In this document: in pieces, positions 26,306 to 32,000 of the stretch
How the letters are laid out: every line of letters starts with the position of its first letter
Numbering within the stretch: position 1 is the first letter of the stretch
Origin: Methylophaga frappieri
Lineage (GTDB): Bacteria > Pseudomonadota > Gammaproteobacteria > Nitrosococcales > Methylophagaceae
DNA length: 32,000 nucleotides
Direction: 5' to 3'
NCBI RefSeq assembly: GCF_000260965.1
Contig: NC_017856.1
Coordinates: forward strand, 1,170,001-1,202,000
Translations under genes and position numbers: made by a program
The notes under the pieces: model-generated
Told to the model about the DNA's origin: nothing
Database searches by the model: none
The model's input: the letters and a program-made list of their open reading frames with translations, nothing else

Positions 26306-28486
26306 ATGTTCCACACGTTGAAGAAAAAACCATTGTCCCTTTCAATTACCGGGGCGATATTTGCTTTAGGAGCCGCGTACCCAGCTTTTGCCGAAGACGA
26401 GACTGATGTTGAGTTAGATACCATTGTCGTCAAAACTGCAAAAGAAGAGTTACAGCAGTCACCGGGCCTGAGTGTTATCACCAGTGAAGTATTGGAAAAG
26501 CAGCCTGTCGCCAACGATATTTCTGAAATCGTGCGAAAAATGCCCGGTGTTAATTTGTCTGGCTCATCGGCTTCGGGGCAACGTGGTAACCAGCGCCAAA
26601 TCGATATTCGTGGCATGGGGCCGGATAATACCTTGATTCTGATTGATGGTCGTCCCGTTACTGCGCGTAATTCGGTGCGTCCAGGCCGTGCTGGGGAAAG
26701 TGATTCACGTGGTGACTCACAGTGGGTACCACCAAGCGCTATCGAGCGTATTGAAGTCTTACGCGGTCCGGCAGCGGCACGTTATGGTTCAGGTAGTATG
26801 GGTGGTGTAGTTAATATCATTACCAAAGCCCCAACACGCAAAGAATTTTCAGTCACCGGCCACTATGAATTACCGGAAAGCGATCTGGAAGGTTCTAGCT
26901 GGCGTACCAATGTGAATCTGTCGGGTCCAATTACGGATAAACTGTCTGCGCGGACCACACTGGGTTATCACGAAAGCGAAGGCGATGACCCATTTATTAA
27001 TGAAGATTACGCTAATAATGGCTCGCTTGCCGCCGGTCGTGAAGGGGTAGAAAACATTGACCTGCGTCAGTTGTTTGAATACGCCATTGACTCAATGAAT
27101 CGCATCGGCGCTGAATTCAACTACAGTCAACAAGAAAATCGCTGGGCGGGCGACTCCCAATTCCAAAGTATCAGACAGAGCTTGGTGGATGAGTTGGAAG
27201 GGGAAACAACCAATGAACTGCGCCGCTATGGCATGGCCTTGACCCATAAAGGCGACTATGAGAACAGCCGCAGTAACAGTTATATCGAATATAACCGAAC
27301 CAATAATCGCCGCCTGTCAGAGGGCGTTAATGGTGGTGGTGAAGGCCAAATCAATGATACGACGGCATGGAATACCAGTGTTTATGAGACATTAAACGCC
27401 AAGTCGGAATGGGACATGTTCTTTGATCGTCACACTTTGACAAGCGGTATTGAATTTCGTGGTGAACGACTGGATAACGGTATCATTGATGTCCAGTCCA
27501 GTTCTCCTATTGGCGTCGGAGTTGATCCTGTAGGTTCTCGAGATCCTGAATCGGATGCCTATTTAGTCGGCGTTTATGTTGAAGATAACTACGAACTGAA
27601 TCCCGACTGGTATATTACGCCGGGGGTACGCCTTGACTACCACAGCGAAGGTGGCAACAACTGGTCACCCAGCTTGAACAGCACTTATTACTTCAACGAA
27701 AACTGGTCAGTCAAAGGCGGTGTCAGCCGTGCATTTAAAGCACCGAACTTGTATCAGCTGGACCCGAACTATATTTACAACACAAGAGGCAATGGTTGTC
27801 CCGAAGGTATTCCCGGCCCATGTAATATGTTGGGTAACCCCAATCTGGACAATGAAACCTCATGGAATAAAGAAATCACCATTAACTACGCCAATAATAG
27901 CGGTTTCAATTCTGGTCTCACCTACTACCACAACGACTTTGATAATCGTGTAGCTGCCGGTACAGATTTACTGACCGTTGATCCAGAAGGCAGAAAGATT
28001 TTCCGCTGGGAAAACCAAGGTGAAGCGATTGTCGAAGGGGTCGAAGGTTTTGTTCAGGTACCCGTTACTGAAAATATCAGTTGGTACACCAACCTGACCT
28101 ACAATATCCGCTCTGAAAGCAAAGAAACGGGTGAACCGCTCTCACTGATTCCCGAATATACCATCAACAGCAACCTTGGTTGGGATATTACACCGAACCT
28201 GCATTTTAACTACAACATCAGCTATTACGGCAAAATTGAAGCACCGGAAAGATCAGTGACGACCGGTGATCCACTGGATTTAGATCAGTTGATTGATCGG
28301 GATCCGTATGCCATTTCCAATGTTAACCTTCGCTATGAGGTGACTAACAAGCTTGCTCTTGGCTTTGGTGTGAAAAACCTGTTTGATAAAAAGATAATGC
28401 GTGAAGGCACCAGTAACAATGCCGGTGCCAATACCTATAACGAACTAGGCCGTACTTACATGGTTGATGCACAATACAACTTTTAA
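26306..28486 (+). CDS. FepA/CirA-family TonB-dependent catecholate-siderophore receptor
   Basis: The track TTG start at 26282 is replaced by ATG 26306, which has AGGAAG 9 nt upstream and a signal peptide ending AFA. The segment DISEIVRKMPGVNLSGSSASGQRGNQRQIDIRGMGPDNTLILIDGRPV...WVPPSAIERIEVLRGPAAARYGSGSMGGVVNIITK is nearly colinear with the E. coli FepA plug. C-terminal residue is F. Confidence 0.9.
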   Translation: MFHTLKKKPLSLSITGAIFALGAAYPAFAEDETDVELDTIVVKTAKEELQQSPGLSVITSEVLEKQPVANDISEIVRKMPGVNLSGSSASGQRGNQRQIDIRGMGPDNTLILIDGRPVTARNSVRPGRAGESDSRGDSQWVPPSAIERIEVLRGPAAARYGSGSMGGVVNIITKAPTRKEFSVTGHYELPESDLEGSSWRTNVNLSGPITDKLSARTTLGYHESEGDDPFINEDYANNGSLAAGREGVENIDLRQLFEYAIDSMNRIGAEFNYSQQENRWAGDSQFQSIRQSLVDELEGETTNELRRYGMALTHKGDYENSRSNSYIEYNRTNNRRLSEGVNGGGEGQINDTTAWNTSVYETLNAKSEWDMFFDRHTLTSGIEFRGERLDNGIIDVQSSSPIGVGVDPVGSRDPESDAYLVGVYVEDNYELNPDWYITPGVRLDYHSEGGNNWSPSLNSTYYFNENWSVKGGVSRAFKAPNLYQLDPNYIYNTRGNGCPEGIPGPCNMLGNPNLDNETSWNKEITINYANNSGFNSGLTYYHNDFDNRVAAGTDLLTVDPEGRKIFRWENQGEAIVEGVEGFVQVPVTENISWYTNLTYNIRSESKETGEPLSLIPEYTINSNLGWDITPNLHFNYNISYYGKIEAPERSVTTGDPLDLDQLIDRDPYAISNVNLRYEVTNKLALGFGVKNLFDKKIMREGTSNNAGANTYNELGRTYMVDAQYNF

Positions 28487-28510
28487 TCAGTTCGGTTAAA
28501 TCAATAAAAA

Positions 28511-28543
28511 GGGCATGATCGGAATCGGTCATGCCCTTTTTTT
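28511..28543 (+). terminator. rho-independent terminator of the FepA-like receptor gene
   Basis: Stem gggcatgatcg / cggtcatgccc (one G-U pair), loop gaat, then T7 (28537..28543). It starts 25 nt after the stop codon. Confidence 0.8.
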
Positions 28544-28734
28544 GAAATTGTCACTCCATCTGTTACAGCGCAGGGTTAAATTCAGGACACACAGTCATGG
28601 AAGTCAAAAGACTTTTCGAAGTCTCCTACCCAGCCCCAGCCGGCTTCATGACGTGCAAGCACCCAGTACCTAGATCTGCTGACACCTGATACGCCATAAA
28701 TCAGACTGAATATATTGCTGCTCTCAATTTAAAA

Positions 28735-29688
28735 TTAAGAAACTTTTTTGCCCTCAGCTTGCAAATCGGCATGATAAGAGGACCTGACCATGGGGCCACT
28801 GGCAACGTGCTCGAAGCCCATTTGTTTGGCAACCTCAGCCAGTTCTCTAAATTCTGCTGGCGTCACAAAACGGCTGACTGGCAGATGATGGCGGCTGGGT
28901 TGCAGATATTGGCCTAAGGTCAGCATACGGCAACCATGATCTCGCAAATCCTGCATCACCGCATGCACTTCAGGAATCGTTTCGCCGAGGCCCAGCATCA
29001 GTCCCGATTTGGTAGGCACACTAGGGTGACTGGCCTGAAATCGTTTAATCAAATCCAACGACCATTGATAATCGGAGCCGGGTCGGACCGCTTTATATAA
29101 ACGCGGGATGGATTCGAGATTATGATTGAAAATATCGGGTGGATTATCCGCCAGAATCGTCAATGCCGCATCCATCCGACCACGGAAATCAGGCACCAAT
29201 ACCTCAATTCGGGTCTGCGGAGACTGCCGGCGTATTTCACTGATGCAGTCAGAAAAATGCCCGGCACCGCCATCACGCAAATCATCCCGATCCACCGAGG
29301 TGACAACAACATGTTTGAGCTGCATCGCGGCAATGGTTTTGGCCAGATGGTTTGGCTCATTTTTATCTAATGGATCCGGTCTGCCATGAGCAACGTCACA
29401 AAATGGGCAACGCCGGGTGCAAATATTGCCCATAATCAGGAAAGTGGCGGTACCATGCGTGAAACATTCACCGAGATTAGGACAAGCCGCCTCTTCACAA
29501 ACTGTATGCAGATTGTGTTCGCGCAGCATTTTTTTGATCCGCTGCACTTCCGGATGCCCTTGCGCCTGGGCACGAATCCAAGCCGGTTTGCGCTTAGGAT
29601 CAGAAGGCACGATCTTGATAGGAATGCGTGCAACCTTGGATTCGCCTTTTAGCGCTTTGACATCTCTTTTTGGCTGAATATCAGTCAT
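28735..29688 (-). CDS. lipA: lipoyl synthase
   Basis: 317 aa. Auxiliary cluster [12 protein letters not shown] and radical-SAM [10 protein letters not shown]. Confidence 0.97.
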   Translation of the reverse strand: MTDIQPKRDVKALKGESKVARIPIKIVPSDPKRKPAWIRAQAQGHPEVQRIKKMLREHNLHTVCEEAACPNLGECFTHGTATFLIMGNICTRRCPFCDVAHGRPDPLDKNEPNHLAKTIAAMQLKHVVVTSVDRDDLRDGGAGHFSDCISEIRRQSPQTRIEVLVPDFRGRMDAALTILADNPPDIFNHNLESIPRLYKAVRPGSDYQWSLDLIKRFQASHPSVPTKSGLMLGLGETIPEVHAVMQDLRDHGCRMLTLGQYLQPSRHHLPVSRFVTPAEFRELAEVAKQMGFEHVASGPMVRSSYHADLQAEGKKVS

Positions 29689-30296
29689 GTGGTTTCTTTT
29701 CTCAACTGCTGGGACAGCGCCTCAGCCAACGCGGTTTTGGCTTCGTTAATATCAAGTTCGGCATGTAATCGACGACAATCGGTTACCGGCATATCGGCAT
29801 AGCCACACGGATTGATTCGGGAAAACGGCTGTAAGTCCATGTCAACGTTAAAACTGATACCATGATAACAGGCTCCGGCGCGGACTCGAAGCCCTAGCGC
29901 AGCAATTTTGCCTTGTTCGACATAGACGCCAGGCGCATCCCGACGCGCATGAGCCTCAATATTACGCGCTGACAAAATACCGATAATACTATTTTCCAAT
30001 GTCTGCACCAATTGACGAACACTGATTTGCAGCCGACGAATATCTATCAAGGGGTAGGCGATCACCTGTCCCGGTCCATGATAGGTCACCTGTCCTCCCC
30101 TATCCGTCTGTACCACCGGAATATCGCCTGTTTCGAGCAAATGCTCTGGTTTGCTATTTCGACCCAAGGTAAAAACAGGCTCGTGCTCCAGCAGCCAAAT
30201 CTCATCTTCGGTATTTGCATCGCGCTGTTGGGTGAATGCCTGCATGGCCTGCCATATGGGTAAATAGGGCTGTTTCCCCAAATCTTTGACGATCAT
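29685..30296 (-). CDS. lipB: octanoyltransferase
   Basis: 203 aa. [12 protein letters not shown], catalytic Lys context [10 protein letters not shown] and Cys context INPCGY. Overlaps lipA by 4 nt (ATGA). Confidence 0.95.
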   Translation of the reverse strand: MIVKDLGKQPYLPIWQAMQAFTQQRDANTEDEIWLLEHEPVFTLGRNSKPEHLLETGDIPVVQTDRGGQVTYHGPGQVIAYPLIDIRRLQISVRQLVQTLENSIIGILSARNIEAHARRDAPGVYVEQGKIAALGLRVRAGACYHGISFNVDMDLQPFSRINPCGYADMPVTDCRRLHAELDINEAKTALAEALSQQLRKETT

Positions 30297-30571
30297 CAGA
30301 GTGCGTATTTGACCCGTGGTTCAGCAGTCAGATCCTGATAAATCGCATCCAGCTGCGCTTTGCTGGTCGCTGTAATGGTAACGGTGACCGAGCTGTACTT
30401 ACCGCCACTGCTTTGCCGGGTACGGACGGCATTATCGCTGACATCATCGGCATGGCGACGAATGATTTTGACAACCAAATCACTGAAATCAGCATGCGAC
30501 TCGCCCATCACTTTAACCGGATATTGGCAGGGAAATTCCAGCAGTGTGTCGGGTTGCTCCGGTGTTGTCAT
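30296..30571 (-). CDS. ybeD: YbeD family protein (DUF493/UPF0250)
   Basis: Trimmed to ATG 30571 (MTTPEQPDTLLEFPCQYPVKVMG...), which forms an ATGA overlap with the stop of the upstream dat gene. The conserved position between the PBP5-type gene and lipB matches E. coli. Confidence 0.85.
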   Translation of the reverse strand: MTTPEQPDTLLEFPCQYPVKVMGESHADFSDLVVKIIRRHADDVSDNAVRTRQSSGGKYSSVTVTITATSKAQLDAIYQDLTAEPRVKYAL

Positions 30572-31419
30572 GCCTGTACCTCTTGTTTCTTGTTTTGAAA
30601 ACGCTGAAACAGATCCTGCCATACCGGACCGGGACTTCCAGATCCAACCCGTTTTCCGTCCAGTTTTGTGACCGGTATTAATTCTTTGGTAGAGCTGCTT
30701 ACCCAGATTTCATCTGCGCGGTGCAGTTCAGCTTCTGTCGCCATTCGCAATGACACCTTCAACCCCGCCTCTTCAGCCAGCTGCAATACCAGTTCGCGAG
30801 TGATGCCGGCGAGGATTTCCGGGCCGGTATCAGCGGTAATCAAGACGTTATCAAGAAAAACATAAGTGTTACTGGCGGCCCCCTCAGTTAAGCGTCCTGC
30901 ACGTAGCAAAAGCGCTTCTTGAGCGCCGGCGGCTTCAGCCTGTTGTTTCATCAGGCAGTTTGCTAACAGGGAAATTGCTTTGATGTCACAACGCTGCCAC
31001 CGAATATCTGGGACCGTGATGGCATCAATACCTGTTTTAAGCCAATGCTCAGGAATCGGTTTCAAGGGGTTACTCATCATGAAAATTCCTGGTAGCACCG
31101 CAGGGGGAAAAACATGATCACGTTGCGGTGCACTGCCTCGAGTTATCTGCAAGTAAACAGCTTGATCCCCTCCCTGATTCCGGGCAATCAGATCCTGTAT
31201 CAGCGTTTGCCAGGAAACATTATCCAGCGGATTTTTCAGATCGATACCATCCAAACTGCGTTGCAGGCGCGCTAAATGACCAGCCAGCAAAAACGCCTTG
31301 CCCGCATAAACCGGAATCACTTCATAGACGCCGTCACCAAACAGATAGCCGCGATCCATAACGGAAATCTGCGCGGCTTGTGCCGGCATAAACTGACCAT
31401 TTAAGAAGACTTCTGACAC
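30568..31419 (-). CDS. dat: D-amino-acid (D-alanine) aminotransferase, fold-type IV PLP enzyme
   Basis: 283 aa, GTG start. DRGYLFGDGVYEVIPVY, YLQITRG, DIRWQRCDIKAISLL (catalytic Lys context), EGAASNTYV and LAGITRE are colinear with Bacillus Dat. Confidence 0.85.
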   Translation of the reverse strand: MSEVFLNGQFMPAQAAQISVMDRGYLFGDGVYEVIPVYAGKAFLLAGHLARLQRSLDGIDLKNPLDNVSWQTLIQDLIARNQGGDQAVYLQITRGSAPQRDHVFPPAVLPGIFMMSNPLKPIPEHWLKTGIDAITVPDIRWQRCDIKAISLLANCLMKQQAEAAGAQEALLLRAGRLTEGAASNTYVFLDNVLITADTGPEILAGITRELVLQLAEEAGLKVSLRMATEAELHRADEIWVSSSTKELIPVTKLDGKRVGSGSPGPVWQDLFQRFQNKKQEVQA

Positions 31420-31422
31420 TAG

Positions 31423-32000
31423 TTAGCCCCAGATCAACAATAAAATACTGTCAATCAAGCGACGCCACCAGCTGCCTTTTTCTGCTTCATTCAGCGCAAC
31501 CAATTGTTGTTTAGTAATGATTTCTTCGCCCAGTTTTACTTCAACTTCACCCAACGAGGTACCTTTGGCAACCGGGGCAATAATAGGCTGTTGCAGATGA
31601 CTGATCGCTTGCAGATCCTTGTACTGTCCTCTTGGAACCGTGACCCATAGCGGGCTTTCAACACCCAGATCAAGCTGTTTGCTGGCACCCTTCCAGAGTT
31701 TACTTTCAGTAACCTTATCGCCAGTCGCAAACAGTTGATGGGTTTCAAAAAAGCGGAAACCATAATTAAATAATTTTTGGATCTCTTGAGCACGAGCATT
31801 TTCACTGCGCGTTCCCAAGACGACGGCAATCAGACGCATATTGTCTCGTTTGGCCGATGCCGACAAACAATACCCGGCTTCTTCGGTGTGACCAGTTTTC
31901 AGCCCATCAACACTATTGTCACGCCATAACAATTTGTTGCGGTTGTGCTGGGTAATACCGTTGTAGGTAAATTCCTTTTCGGCATACCATGCATAATGAT
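31423..32000 (-). CDS. dacA: D-alanyl-D-alanine carboxypeptidase (PBP5/6 family), N-terminal part lies outside the window
   Basis: The frame is open to the window edge. KTG motif (VDGLKTGHTEEAGYC), a PBP5-type C-terminal domain, and an amphipathic anchor WWRRLIDSILLLIWG. The symbol is assigned from the dacA-ybeD-lipB synteny of E. coli. Confidence 0.85.
   Translation of the reverse strand, partial: HYAWYAEKEFTYNGITQHNRNKLLWRDNSVDGLKTGHTEEAGYCLSASAKRDNMRLIAVVLGTRSENARAQEIQKLFNYGFRFFETHQLFATGDKVTESKLWKGASKQLDLGVESPLWVTVPRGQYKDLQAISHLQQPIIAPVAKGTSLGEVEVKLGEEIITKQQLVALNEAEKGSWWRRLIDSILLLIWG

Noticed and set aside
28597-28689. 30-codon ORF (MEVKRLFEVSYPAPAGFMTCKHPVPRSADT) and a 6-bp hairpin agactt/aagtct in the lipA-receptor spacer
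   Set aside because: It has no RBS or recognisable peptide family, and the hairpin is short with no U-tract. The evidence is insufficient.
1-32000. Search by eye for tRNA/rRNA genes, CRISPR repeats, IS elements and large direct repeats
   Set aside because: None was seen. The intergenic space is small, and the few long spacers lack tRNA-like T-loop motifs or periodic repeats. A tRNAscan/Infernal and self-dot-plot run would be the decisive check.

Overview
This window is a compact, mostly core-genome stretch of a gammaproteobacterium; most intergenic gaps are under about 110 nt. It is possibly a marine sulfur oxidiser, an inference from a type I sulfide:quinone oxidoreductase plus an FCSD-like flavoprotein that cannot be verified here.

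I support 34 protein-coding genes:
- Redox and heat shock: a truncated cytochrome b561 gene at the left edge (missing from the ORF track), a 4-TM protein, sqr, hslO and htpG with a sigma-32-type promoter.
- A patch of small orphan enzymes: a DUF785 retropepsin-like protease, an EEP-fold protein, an FkbM methyltransferase, a class I glutamine amidotransferase, a DUF3096 mini-protein (also not in the track) and a GGCT-like protein.
- gluQ, a GNAT/carbon-nitrogen-hydrolase fusion, a periplasmic-sensor diguanylate cyclase, yaaA and a DUF4389 protein.
- A TRAP dctQM pair with no dctP.
- The full EF-P lysylation trio epmA-efp/epmB.
- A citrate synthase, an FCSD/SoxF-like flavoprotein with no cytochrome partner, and an atypical SDR-like protein.
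- Two divergent TonB-dependent receptors, one FepA-like with a Fur-box-like site.
- The dacA-dat-ybeD-lipB-lipA string.

I saw no rRNA, tRNA, CRISPR array, transposase, integrase or phage gene. I did not find a convincing multi-gene novel system, and no defense-island signature is visible.

The items most worth a second look are:
- a G9 homopolymer that encodes the GG of the GGEEF active site;
- a 45-nt perfect hairpin in a gene-free spacer;
- the FCSD-like flavoprotein without a cytochrome subunit;
- the tight hslO-sqr junction;
- the GNAT-nitrilase fusion;
- the DctP-less TRAP pair.

All homology statements come from motif and colinearity recognition by eye. No database search or computation was run.
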